Source: a virus
DNA length: 64,000 nucleotides
Virus genome (UHGV): UHGV-0038496
Reading direction: 5' to 3' (one strand)
Below are positions 29,017-38,397 of the stretch, one piece after another; positions within the stretch are counted from its first letter, which is position 1, and each line of letters starts with the position of its first letter. Made by a program: the position numbers and the translations under genes. The notes under the pieces were generated by a model. The model saw nothing but the letters and a program-made list of their open reading frames with translations. It was not told the origin of the DNA and ran no database searches.

Positions 29017-29216
29017 CAAAAGAGCAATTTGAGGTATTCCAACGCATTTTTGACGAACTGGATCGGGATATCGTAGCTCGTCGCTACAACCCAACAATGG
29101 AGTCTCCTCTGGAAGATATGTTGCGTCAGCAGGGTTTTGACGTTGCATATGATGCCATTATGGATATCTACCACCAGATGTTGAAGGAGGAAGACAATGC
29201 TGTGGATCCATCATAG
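29013..29216 (+). CDS. hypothetical protein
   Basis: Small ORF, stop-start overlap. Confidence 0.4.
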   Translation: MTKEQFEVFQRIFDELDRDIVARRYNPTMESPLEDMLRQQGFDVAYDAIMDIYHQMLKEEDNAVDPS

Positions 29217-29505
29217 TGACGGTACACTTTTCTACACGGCAGGTGTCCGTTATGAGACAGAAGAAAACGGGAAAACAATTATTATAAAAACATTTGACAA
29301 GGACGGTAAACTTCTGTTAGAATTGCCATACAAGGTCGGAGAGGTTGAGTCAGTAGAGATTGACATTGAAGAACATGACAATCCTTTGAAGAAACCTGGC
29401 CTTGGAAAGAACTCTCAGGCACATCTCATGCAGATGTTTAATGCAGATGATGAAGCTGGGGAATCTAAGAAAACAGCAAAAAGAAAAGGTAGAGGTAGAC
29501 GCTGA
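29197..29505 (+). CDS. hypothetical protein
   Basis: ORF with basic C-terminus. Confidence 0.4.
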   Translation: MLWIHHSDGTLFYTAGVRYETEENGKTIIIKTFDKDGKLLLELPYKVGEVESVEIDIEEHDNPLKKPGLGKNSQAHLMQMFNADDEAGESKKTAKRKGRGRR

Positions 29506-29702
29506 TGGCTAACGAATTTAAATATGACACTTATTACTTCAACAAGCAGAACGGCCTGTATTACATCGTGCACTCAGACGCTCCTGGTGTTGTAATGGTG
29601 TGCAGACCTGAAAATATAAGTAAGGGTAAGGCTTCTGCTTTCACGCAGGATCTTATGATAAAAGCTATTCAAATAGGTATTTTTGAAGAGGAGATCTTCT
29701 GA
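29505..29702 (+). CDS. hypothetical protein
   Basis: Small ORF, stop-start overlap. Confidence 0.4.
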   Translation: MANEFKYDTYYFNKQNGLYYIVHSDAPGVVMVCRPENISKGKASAFTQDLMIKAIQIGIFEEEIF

Positions 29703-29896
29703 TGCCTACAGAAACAACTTTCATCATATCTGGTCGTATGTCTGTTGACGAAGACTGGCATTTGGTCAGGGTTCTTGTTTTTAAAGAAGGCACGACTCCT
29801 GAGTACATCCGTGATACTCTTGATGACGCTGGTGCCCTCTATAGCCGGACGTGGCGCTATGTGAAGCTGGAGGAGGTTACAGATGTGGCTCTTTAA
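29702..29896 (+). CDS. hypothetical protein
   Basis: Small ORF, stop-start overlap. Confidence 0.4.
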   Translation: MPTETTFIISGRMSVDEDWHLVRVLVFKEGTTPEYIRDTLDDAGALYSRTWRYVKLEEVTDVAL

Positions 29897-30152
29897 CTGG
29901 TGGCAGAAACGTAAATTCCACACAGTAGCTTATTGCCGCTGGAGTATAGAGTGGCTTGATGAGAGCGGCATGAAAATACCTGGAGATGCTGACACAGGTT
30001 TCTGGCTCTTCCAGGAGAACGGTTATGGTGAACGTCGTTTCTGCACCACAACTAAACCTTGTGGAATATCCCGCATTCCAGGGTATGCTCAGTGCGAGCT
30101 TTGGGTTGAAACAGGTATTTATCCAGCAGGTGCACAGCTGGTGGGAGGGTGA
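29883..30152 (+). CDS. hypothetical protein
   Basis: Small ORF. Confidence 0.4.
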   Translation: MWLFNWWQKRKFHTVAYCRWSIEWLDESGMKIPGDADTGFWLFQENGYGERRFCTTTKPCGISRIPGYAQCELWVETGIYPAGAQLVGG

Positions 30153-30155
30153 CCG

Positions 30156-30419
30156 ATGGAAGTGGAATTTAAAATCTTCTTTGATGGTGTATGGTGGAGA
30201 GCACAGGTGAAGAAAGTTCACTTTGGCTTTATACCAATGTGGCATGATATCTGGCTAAACGGTCAGCGTAAATGGCACGCTGAAGAACAGGCCGTTTGGG
30301 CTGCTGATTGCTACTTGAAAGACAGAGCTTTAACAGAGCAAGGTGCACAGTATTACACTGCTGACCAGATTCATGCTAAAGCTCATATGCCTAAGGCAGC
30401 ACCGCCAAAAAAGCCGTAA
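30156..30419 (+). CDS. hypothetical protein
   Basis: Small ORF. Confidence 0.4.
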   Translation: MEVEFKIFFDGVWWRAQVKKVHFGFIPMWHDIWLNGQRKWHAEEQAVWAADCYLKDRALTEQGAQYYTADQIHAKAHMPKAAPPKKP

Positions 30420-30491
30420 AGGACGATAAACCACGTCCACCTGAACCACCACAACCAATTATCCGCTATGAAGGCTGGTAAGGAGAGAGTT

Positions 30492-30767
30492 ATGCGTCAT
30501 GTTCGTTTACTTGATGGCCTCGATGACGATCCGGTAGTAAACCGGGTAGCTGAATTAGTCAATAAGATGATGGAATACCAATACCGTTTGTCAAACGGCA
30601 CATTCCGCATGTTCCGACGCAAAGATGCACAACGTATGGAAGAGACGGTTGAGAAAATCCGTCGCCATATAGGCATACTGCTGGGTAAAGTTTATCCAGG
30701 TGGTGGCTACTGGGAGGTAACTGGGGTGCCGGATACTCGTATCTTGCTCATGTATGTAGATGAGTAG
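30492..30767 (+). CDS. hypothetical protein
   Basis: ATG at 30492 with AAGGAGAGAG RBS. Confidence 0.4.
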   Translation: MRHVRLLDGLDDDPVVNRVAELVNKMMEYQYRLSNGTFRMFRRKDAQRMEETVEKIRRHIGILLGKVYPGGGYWEVTGVPDTRILLMYVDE

Positions 30768-30776
30768 AGGTGGGTT

Positions 30777-31139
30777 ATGGTTATCGAGACAGTAATCCCT
30801 TCTGACTTCATGTATCAATTTTACATGGAGTACAGGAGCTGGGCATGGGGAGGTGCTAAAGACACTGATCCTGTGTTCCAGGATCATCGCGGTTTATGTG
30901 GTAACCTGGCTGAGTATGCCTCTTATCAAGGTCTTGATACAGAGACGTACCATCAGCTCCAGGAAGAGCTGGAAACTGCTCTGGAAAAAGTTTATGGTGA
31001 CACACAATTTCCGTTTGACAACGGGGATGCATACGTGTATTATAGTCGTAAGAACAAACACCTCAACGTTATGAGGATGTTGTTTGTAGATGCCATGATT
31101 CTGAACTATGAGGAGGCCCACAGAGGTGAATCTCTATAA
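30777..31139 (+). CDS. hypothetical protein
   Basis: ORF with GAGGTGGG RBS. Confidence 0.45.
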   Translation: MVIETVIPSDFMYQFYMEYRSWAWGGAKDTDPVFQDHRGLCGNLAEYASYQGLDTETYHQLQEELETALEKVYGDTQFPFDNGDAYVYYSRKNKHLNVMRMLFVDAMILNYEEAHRGESL

Positions 31140-31512
31140 AATAACTGCGCTGGTGGAAGATGCCTGGGATGTTGAGGATGACCACCAGAAAAGAAAACGT
31201 GTAATTGGCTACGCCATTGCGGGGGATGGTGTCTCTGCTGGCTGGTTAGCCGGATATTTATTTGCAAGATCGAATTTCGACCGTGGATATCAACGTGGTG
31301 GGTTTAATGGTAAAGTCCACGTAGATTTTGAAAAAATTGACTTGACAACAGCACCTGAAGTGTTTATAATCAAACATCCTGATAGCAGATCTCCTTACTA
31401 TTGGGACAATGATAAAAAACAGTGGACACCAGATAAAAACTGTGCTACAATGCTTAAAAATAGCAATCTTGATGACATGCCTCCGTATGGCAAAATTGAG
31501 ATTAAAAAGTAG
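31126..31512 (+). CDS. hypothetical protein
   Basis: GTG at 31126 preceded by AGGAGG. Confidence 0.4.
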   Translation: MNLYKITALVEDAWDVEDDHQKRKRVIGYAIAGDGVSAGWLAGYLFARSNFDRGYQRGGFNGKVHVDFEKIDLTTAPEVFIIKHPDSRSPYYWDNDKKQWTPDKNCATMLKNSNLDDMPPYGKIEIKK

Positions 31513-31513
31513 T

Positions 31514-31542
31514 TGACAACACGATTTGAATCTGGTATAGTT
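31514..31542 (+). promoter_or_regulatory. sigma70-like promoter (TTGACA, 17 bp spacer, TATAGT)
   Basis: TTGACA at 31514-31519, TATAGT at 31537-31542. Confidence 0.5.
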
Positions 31543-31570
31543 ACCACATCAAAACAAAGAGGGTGCCAAG

Positions 31571-31831
31571 ATGAAACAAGAACTCGTTATCGACAACAAC
31601 GGTGCATTCGGCCTTATCGCTGGTGTAGATTACGTTGAAGAAAGTATGGACCAATCTTGTCCTGGGGTACTTCCGGTACGTGGTGAACTCCATGCGGAAG
31701 ATGGTGAGTTGAAAGCAGTACTCGAAGCATTACGCTTCGATCCTCAAGACGGACTTTCTCCTTTGGAACACGCCAAAGCGGTTCGTCAACTGGCCGACGC
31801 GCTCATTAAACTGGCGCAAGGTCACTTTTAA
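31571..31831 (+). CDS. hypothetical acidic protein
   Basis: ORF with AGAGGG RBS. Confidence 0.45.
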   Translation: MKQELVIDNNGAFGLIAGVDYVEESMDQSCPGVLPVRGELHAEDGELKAVLEALRFDPQDGLSPLEHAKAVRQLADALIKLAQGHF

Positions 31832-32205
31832 TTAACTAACTGGAGATTGCACTTATGGCATGTGGCAAAAAAGGTGGTTGTAAAGGAAAAGGTAAAGGGA
31901 AAGGTAAAAAATAATTTACCTCTTTTCCGAATTTTAACTTTACACGAGCAGCAAGATGGTGTAGTATGTACGACATGATTTTGATGTTTCTCATCTATAC
32001 TTTTCTTGTCTGTGGAATCATTGGAGGGCTGGACTTTGTAATCCAGCTCCTCCGTGAACACTACAAACAAGATAAATAACTACCAACTAAGGAGAATATG
32101 TAATGCGTTTAGAGATAGCTTGTCTGTTAATTATGATTTTCTTGATAGCTGTTGTTAACTTCTTAGGCTACGGCTATTAATTCTACCCAAAAAGAGGACC
32201 TTCTG

Positions 32206-32478
32206 ATGAAAATTAAATTACTGAACACTGAAATTGCTGATCCAATCCATGGCCTGACTGAAGGTATGATCGTAGAAGCTAAAATGCCTACACCGGAAGA
32301 TGTTGCTCGTGATGCTCTGGGCGACGAAACATTCGAAGGCATGGGCGAAGCTGAACGTGAAGCTCTGCTCACTATGGTTGAACTGCACCTGCCAGAAGGT
32401 ATGGCTACTTTTGATGCCCCAGGGAGCGGTGAAAACCTGATTGTTTTACCTGAAAACTACGAGGTAGTTGAGGAGTAA
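32206..32478 (+). CDS. small acidic protein, tandem paralog family member 1
   Basis: 90 aa, acidic, MKIKL start, ends YEVVEE; similar to the next three ORFs. Confidence 0.5.
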   Translation: MKIKLLNTEIADPIHGLTEGMIVEAKMPTPEDVARDALGDETFEGMGEAEREALLTMVELHLPEGMATFDAPGSGENLIVLPENYEVVEE

Positions 32479-32651
32479 AGCATGTTAGCGGTCGCTTATC
32501 TCTTAACTGTCGTAACAGCACCTGTAGTTCTTGCTTATGGTGTCTTTATGGTCACTCAAGCTAAAGTTTTGAAAGAGTTTCTCTGATAAACTTGCAGTTA
32601 CCTCACTAACTTAGGCACAGCGGATGTGCCCTTTTACAAAAGGTACTCACA

Positions 32652-32945
32652 ATGCGCCAACCAGATTTTAAAGTAGTGCTTAAAGGTGTAGACGAAGAAA
32701 CAGCAAAAATCTTCGGTATCAAAGACGGCGAAATTCATGATGCATTTGTCCCAAGTCCGGCAGATGTGTTGAAAGAGATCACTTCTCACGGTGATCCTGA
32801 TCCTGGTGAAGATGCATTACAGCAGGTCACTCTGATGATGATCCTCGAAGGTGTTGTTTTCATTTTCCCGAATGGTGATGAAAGTAACGGTCTGGCTATA
32901 CCTGGTGATTTCTGGGATGTTGTTGAAGAAGAGGAGGACGAATAA
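32652..32945 (+). CDS. small acidic protein, tandem paralog family member 2
   Basis: 97 aa, acidic, ends DVVEEEEDE. Confidence 0.5.
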   Translation: MRQPDFKVVLKGVDEETAKIFGIKDGEIHDAFVPSPADVLKEITSHGDPDPGEDALQQVTLMMILEGVVFIFPNGDESNGLAIPGDFWDVVEEEEDE

Positions 32946-33217
32946 TGAAAATTCGCCTGACTAAAGTTGAAGACGGCATGACTCCTGATGACATGAAAGA
33001 AATGGTTGAAGCAACTGGGATGATCAAGGTAGGTGCGGTGCTTGATGCACACTACCCGGATAAAGAAGAACTGCTTCGCTTGGGTGTCGCAGAAGAAGAT
33101 GTTGGTATTCTCCTGGTTATGCTGACTCTCGACCAAGCGATCGTTCTTGAAAATATCCCTGGCTTCGAAGCAGACCCAATGATTGTTTGCGGTGATTGCT
33201 ACGAAGTAATCGAATAA
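32945..33217 (+). CDS. small acidic protein, tandem paralog family member 3
   Basis: 90 aa, acidic, MKIRL start, ends CYEVIE. Confidence 0.5.
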   Translation: MKIRLTKVEDGMTPDDMKEMVEATGMIKVGAVLDAHYPDKEELLRLGVAEEDVGILLVMLTLDQAIVLENIPGFEADPMIVCGDCYEVIE

Positions 33218-33232
33218 CAGGAGGACTCTCCC

Positions 33233-33508
33233 ATGCTGGTTAAAGTTAGATTGATTGGTGTGGGAGATGTTTTAGCAGAGTACGGGGTTCACGAAGGTGA
33301 CAAAGTTGTTGGTGAAACTCCTACTAAAGAATCTGTAGCTAAAGCACTCTCACACGAGGACCTCTCCACTTGTGGATTGACTGAAGATGATATCTTATTC
33401 CACATGGTAAGAGACAATGTAATTATCTGTTACTTCTATCGTAATGGTGCACCAGAAGCCTTCATATTCAAACCTAACCATTATGAACTTTTGGAGATCA
33501 TACCATGA
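33233..33508 (+). CDS. small acidic protein, tandem paralog family member 4
   Basis: 91 aa, MLVKVRL start, ends YELLEIIP. Confidence 0.45.
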   Translation: MLVKVRLIGVGDVLAEYGVHEGDKVVGETPTKESVAKALSHEDLSTCGLTEDDILFHMVRDNVIICYFYRNGAPEAFIFKPNHYELLEIIP

Positions 33509-33597
33509 ATAAAGAGATGCTGAAATTGTTTTTAGGAACAATGGCTATTACAGCGGCAGCAGTTATCGCACTTATCATTCTGATCTAAGGGGACTTT

Positions 33598-33855
33598 ATG
33601 GTGGTCAGTACATTGACCGCCATTCTTCTGGCAATCTTGATCCTGTTTATTATTTGCAGGGTTGCCGTAGAATGGTGTAAGATAGAACTTCGTAAACAGG
33701 GTTTCAGTGAGTTTGATATCAGCCGTCTGGAACTTCGTGGTGAACTGTTTGTAGCCTGCCGCTTGTGTAAAGAATACTACTACACAGCGGAAGAAGTTAT
33801 CCATGCGATTGACGAAGGCTATAAACTTGAAGATATCCTGAAAGGTATTCGATAG
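33598..33855 (+). CDS. membrane-anchored small protein
   Basis: N-terminal hydrophobic helix. Confidence 0.4.
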   Translation: MVVSTLTAILLAILILFIICRVAVEWCKIELRKQGFSEFDISRLELRGELFVACRLCKEYYYTAEEVIHAIDEGYKLEDILKGIR

Positions 33856-33998
33856 GGGGTGGCTTGTGGACGTTTCCATGGTAGATATCTATGTCCTGTT
33901 GTTGATCTTCGGTGTATCCATTGTACTTGGCGGGATACTTGCTGGGGTATCGTATCTGCTGAAAGTGGCTTGTGACCGGATTCGTGAGGAGTTGAAAA

Positions 33999-34217
33999 AT
34001 GACAAACGGTGATTGCTTCGCAGTGAAATGCCTCGGTGATTACTGGGGGTTCACTAAAGGTGGAATCTACGATGGTTACGTTGTCCACCATCCGAATATT
34101 GAAAGTGAGTTAGCTTTCTATACGATTGATGACGATGGGGATAGCCGTTACATCTGCCTGAATGTGATTGAATCGCCAGAGTACTTCAAAATCGTAGATA
34201 TTTTTGATCAGGAGTAG
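33999..34217 (+). CDS. hypothetical protein
   Basis: Small ORF. Confidence 0.4.
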   Translation: MTNGDCFAVKCLGDYWGFTKGGIYDGYVVHHPNIESELAFYTIDDDGDSRYICLNVIESPEYFKIVDIFDQE

Positions 34218-34221
34218 CACT

Positions 34222-34557
34222 ATGCACTGTAAACATTGTGGTCACAAAGTATTAGACGAAGCTGTTATTTGCCCATCTTGTGGGTGCGAATTGAAAGAAA
34301 AGACTCAGGTTGGTAAATCGAAATGGGTTGCATGGATACTCAGCTTTTTCTTTGGTGGCTGGGGTATTCACCGCTTCTACATGGGCAACCCGATGATTGG
34401 TATCATCTATTTGTTAATTAACCTGGCTGGTTGGTTGGTTACTGGTGGTATTCTCAGTATGTTCTTGTACATCTTCTTAATTTTTGAAGGTATCTACATC
34501 ATCACTCGTAACGACGAAGACTTCCAGAACATGTGTGGCAAGAAAGGGGACCTCTAA
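34222..34557 (+). CDS. zinc-ribbon plus TM2-like membrane protein
   Basis: CKHCGH ... CPSCG followed by GGWGIHRFYMGN membrane motif. Confidence 0.5.
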   Translation: MHCKHCGHKVLDEAVICPSCGCELKEKTQVGKSKWVAWILSFFFGGWGIHRFYMGNPMIGIIYLLINLAGWLVTGGILSMFLYIFLIFEGIYIITRNDEDFQNMCGKKGDL

Positions 34558-34558
34558 G

Positions 34559-34864
34559 ATGGCACGTACTAAAGTTGAACTGTTTACTTCTCTTCCGGCT
34601 GATCCAGCAGAACGTGAACGTCTGCGTAAAACAGTTGAAGAACTGGTTGATCTCCAGTTGAAAATTAAAGACATGAAGGAAGCAATGAAGGATATCATCA
34701 AGGTGGAAAAAGAAGACCACCTGATTTCTCCTAAATTCCTGAAGTCACTGGTGGCTACTGAATTTGACCGTCGATTTGAAGCAGAGAAACGTCGTGCAAG
34801 ACTGGAAGCCGAAGTGGATGCTATGGAAGAGACTGATATCCTCTTCAAGCGTTCAGCAGAATAA
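34559..34864 (+). CDS. hypothetical coiled-coil protein
   Basis: ATG at 34559; followed by terminator. Confidence 0.45.
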   Translation: MARTKVELFTSLPADPAERERLRKTVEELVDLQLKIKDMKEAMKDIIKVEKEDHLISPKFLKSLVATEFDRRFEAEKRRARLEAEVDAMEETDILFKRSAE

Positions 34865-34870
34865 CCTGGA

Positions 34871-34892
34871 GGGAGCTTCGGCTCCCTTTTTC
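34871..34892 (+). terminator. rho-independent terminator
   Basis: GGGAGC-ttcg-GCTCCC hairpin followed by TTTTT. Confidence 0.75.
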
Positions 34893-34908
34893 TTTATCTG
34901 AGGTTTAC

Positions 34909-35214
34909 ATGTTCAGTGATCACGAATTGTTACCTGGTGACAGCCCTACACTTGTAGCTGTCTGCACAGGTATTGACAGAACATTCAATATCATTAGCCC
35001 CGATGATAGCACTATCGATGAAATCTTTCCAAACCTTGACAAGAAAGATGCTCTGGATAAGATGCTACCCAGGGACTTCTGTCAGGTTATGATAGATCTG
35101 CACTGGCTGAACACATGCAGAGAATCTTTGTGTACCAGGACTGATGCCGATCTCAATGCTTTGCAGGATTTCACGAAAAACCGCAGGGCCGCTTGTGAAG
35201 CAATCTTTGGATGA
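34909..35214 (+). CDS. hypothetical protein
   Basis: ORF. Confidence 0.45.
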   Translation: MFSDHELLPGDSPTLVAVCTGIDRTFNIISPDDSTIDEIFPNLDKKDALDKMLPRDFCQVMIDLHWLNTCRESLCTRTDADLNALQDFTKNRRAACEAIFG

Positions 35215-35501
35215 TGGAGGACGAGATGAGATACACTATGCGAGAACTGAGCAAATTGACCTGTGAAGAAGGTTTATACCCTCTCATGAGTGTCATGTGC
35301 GTAAAAACAGGCAATATCGAAGGGTTGTACCTCGGTGAGATCTATACGGTGCTCTATGCCCATCAGAGAAATTTTGAATGCATCGTTACAGAAACTGGGC
35401 AGACTATCTTCCTGCAAGGTCTTACTACTGGTGAAGTTGTTGCCCCTGGCCTTGATTGTGAATTTCTCCCCTGGAAAGACTATGACGCTGATCATAAGTG
35501 A
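35211..35501 (+). CDS. hypothetical protein
   Basis: ORF with 4-nt overlap. Confidence 0.45.
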   Translation: MMEDEMRYTMRELSKLTCEEGLYPLMSVMCVKTGNIEGLYLGEIYTVLYAHQRNFECIVTETGQTIFLQGLTTGEVVAPGLDCEFLPWKDYDADHK

Positions 35502-35517
35502 TCGGAGGTAATGCAAA

Positions 35518-35733
35518 ATGGAGTTCAGTGTGCTCTGCTCTGAAGGTGAGGTGCATAATTACCCTTTCGAGAACTCTTATCTAGCCAGTATGCCTCTGGA
35601 CTTCTGGACAACAATAACTGCGGTGCACAATAGAAACACCAGACGTGCACTTGCACAGGATCTTGATATGATCACAGACACTGCCTGGCTTGAAGAGTTC
35701 ACTAAAATACTTCGTGAAAGGGAGGAGTTTTAG
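35518..35733 (+). CDS. hypothetical protein
   Basis: ORF with GGAGG RBS. Confidence 0.4.
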   Translation: MEFSVLCSEGEVHNYPFENSYLASMPLDFWTTITAVHNRNTRRALAQDLDMITDTAWLEEFTKILREREEF

Positions 35734-36016
35734 CGTACCCTAAGACTAAAAACAGGCCCCAGATTTCAAATTTAAGGGGCCTAGACGCAATTCTGACGCA
35801 TTTTTCTCAGGAATGTGAGCAAACGCCTTACCCTAACATAAAAACCCTTCACAGGCCTTCTTATAGCGTTTTAGGAGGTCTGTATACTTTCTCGCCAGCG
35901 GCGAGCTGTCCAAAATTTTTCCCATCTTACCTTCACTGCTCAGAAAATGTACTATTTTCTTCGAGGCTCTGCCGAGATACTGCCAGAAAATGTACTATTT
36001 TCTTCGCGGTTTATGC

Positions 36017-36045
36017 TTGACTCCTTCTCCTGTTTGTGCTATTAT
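36017..36045 (+). promoter_or_regulatory. sigma70-like promoter (TTGACT, 17 bp spacer, TATTAT)
   Basis: TTGACT at 36017-36022, TATTAT at 36040-36045; follows a 23-bp direct repeat CAGAAAATGTACTATTTTCTTCG (two copies). Confidence 0.5.
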
Positions 36046-36070
36046 CAGTTTGCATTTGAAAGGAGGGGCT

Positions 36071-36223
36071 ATGTACAAGCTGATAATCGTTTTACAATCG
36101 GGTGAGCGTATAGAGCTTGGAGATCGCTTCCACACAATTGAAGAAGCAGACAGGGAGGGTTATCGTATCCTGCAAGAATCAAGATATGCAGACTATTTTG
36201 AAGTAGCAAAAGCAATGCAATAG
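36071..36223 (+). CDS. small hypothetical protein (50 aa)
   Basis: ATG with AAAGGAGGGG RBS. Confidence 0.45.
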   Translation: MYKLIIVLQSGERIELGDRFHTIEEADREGYRILQESRYADYFEVAKAMQ

Positions 36224-36232
36224 GAGGAGCGT

Positions 36233-36373
36233 ATGAAATCAAGTGAAGTCACAGACGGAATCATCGTCTATTGTCTGGTTACACTGGCAATCCTGTGTGC
36301 TGTATTGTGTATAGCTGGAGCATATACAATGCTATCTTTGCTACTGGAGTATGTTGCAGGGCTATTGTTCTGA
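36233..36373 (+). CDS. small membrane peptide (46 aa)
   Basis: ATG with AGGAGGAG RBS; hydrophobic. Confidence 0.4.
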   Translation: MKSSEVTDGIIVYCLVTLAILCAVLCIAGAYTMLSLLLEYVAGLLF

Positions 36374-36883
36374 CACGTAACTCCTCTGCCCACACATCCA
36401 CAACAATCGCAAGCTCTGTTGCCTGAAGAGTCAGACAAACTTCAGCGATAAGTGCTTTAGCAAGTAGCTTTTAGCTAATTGTGCTGTTCACACATGCCTA
36501 CCAATTCTGGTAGGTATCTTCCGTATTGCAATTCCTTTCATCTCCTGCTATAATTTAGATCTTCTCTCTCTTTTCCAGAATACGCTTCTGGGTTTCTCTC
36601 TCTTCGGATTGAAGGAGATAGGGGAATATCGACTGAGTGAACAGTGTGAACATCCGAACGAATGGAGTATCGCACGAGCTTGTCGAGGTTGGAGAGCGGG
36701 AGCGGTTATAGCGACCAGCCAACTGCGATGTAATATAGGCAGTAAGGCACAATAACGGTAGAGTTTAAGTACCAGCGTTGTTGGGGAGACTAGAACCGGG
36801 GGTAGGGGGTTAGGCACATATAGATACTTAGCCTGCTAATTATTGCATAACTAAGTGATTATAATGGCTTCCTTGCCTGAAAA

Positions 36884-37594
36884 CTACATTCCATAATCCT
36901 CATCCTGCTTCTGAGCCATTCCATGATAAACTTCCCAGTACTTAGAGGCATACACCATATCCCATTCTTCCTGAGTCACCCATGCAATCATCCCACTGAG
37001 AATGTCTCTCACCTGTTCCCATTCTTCCCTTTGAGCAATAGCCTCTTCCTGTGTTTTGAATGCTTTCGCTATACGTTTTGTAACGGTATGACGAGTGACA
37101 GCAATACTTGCCCTCCAGTAAGTGTACGGGCCATTATGATATTCACTTACCCCACAAATACCAGACTTGTTAGTTTTGTGCATACCACTGTTAGTCATGT
37201 TCTGTAGGCGACTAACCAGTCTGAGATTGTCCAGGTGGTTGTTACCAGGGTCACGATCAATATGGTCAATCTCCATACCTTCCGGGATTGGACCATGATG
37301 CATCACCCAGATAATCCTTGCACCCTGGAGCAGAGTCTGTTTCCCGTCCACCAGCCAGCCTACAACATAGCGACCATCTTTAGCTGCATAGCTACCAGCA
37401 ACAGCCCCCTTCTTCGCATTAGAAGAACGAGTAAATTTATTCCTCAACACACCAAACTCAGCATCATAAACGAAATAGATGCTCCAGTCTGTAGTGTTAT
37501 ACACCTCCTCAAATTTCACCACAACTGTTTTGTTGTGATTGTTCTTCACAGCGTTATCATAATACGCCTGGGCATCAGCCTTGAACTCAAACAT
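36884..37594 (-). CDS. HNH homing endonuclease with AP2-like domain
   Basis: IDHIDRDPGNNHLDNLRLVSRLQN HNH motif; GICGVSEYHNGPYTYWRA AP2-like. Confidence 0.7.
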   Translation of the reverse strand: MFEFKADAQAYYDNAVKNNHNKTVVVKFEEVYNTTDWSIYFVYDAEFGVLRNKFTRSSNAKKGAVAGSYAAKDGRYVVGWLVDGKQTLLQGARIIWVMHHGPIPEGMEIDHIDRDPGNNHLDNLRLVSRLQNMTNSGMHKTNKSGICGVSEYHNGPYTYWRASIAVTRHTVTKRIAKAFKTQEEAIAQREEWEQVRDILSGMIAWVTQEEWDMVYASKYWEVYHGMAQKQDEDYGM

Positions 37595-38357
37595 CCTGAC
37601 CTCCGAAACCTTTTACCAGTATCGAAAATATACCACAAATGGCCTGAAGAGTCAAATCATTTCCCCTCTTTAAGCCTCTTTGATCCGATTAACATGCTAA
37701 TTATTCACAGAAAATACCCACACATAGCCTAAGCACTTGATTTCATTGTGAAATATGGCCTGAAGAGCACCACATATTTTAACATACCTTTAACATAATA
37801 CTTCCCCCGTATATACCTCCCCGCCCTGTCCAGGAGTCCCGTAAATACTGGCTTCCCCACAAATATCAGCACCACAAATATCACAGGCCTGAAGAGGGCC
37901 TCATTTTTTTTTATTCGCACCTCCCCCTCCCCCGTAGGGCGGTACATAGCCTGAAGAGGCATTCATACAATCAGGGGCAAATATCCCAGACTTACATTTG
38001 AGGTATTAGGCAGGCGAAACGCGACTCCTTCTCATAATGCGAATGATTCTCAAATATCACGGCTGCTTTCGTTATTGATAGCCTGGGCCTTGCAGCTATT
38101 GGCCTGGTTATTGCACGGTAGTTACTCACAGCGATTAATAGTTACACACAGAGATTATAGGGTTGACTGTTCACGCCCTCATTGTGTGGGGTTGAATAAT
38201 AACATGCGTTACAGTTTTCCACAGGAGCATTTAAGTTGATGATAAGCCTTCTCATTTGGGAATAATTATTACTTCGTATTGTTCATCATACGTAACACCA
38301 GTTATACGCACTTATGATCATCTGTACAGTAGTTCCACACAAAGGTAGGACACTGGG

Positions 38358-38397
38358 TTATCCACAGGTGGCAGGGTTATCCACAGACTTATCCACA
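38358..38397 (+). promoter_or_regulatory. cluster of three perfect DnaA boxes (TTATCCACA)
   Basis: TTATCCACA at 38358-38366, 38377-38385 and 38389-38397, same orientation. Confidence 0.6.

Noticed and set aside
36380-36880. Possible degenerate intron or RNA gene in the 500-bp ORF-free stretch downstream of the minus-strand HNH gene
   Set aside because: Contains hairpins (for example CCTACCA-attc-TGGTAGG) but I could not recognise any conserved ribozyme core; left unassigned.
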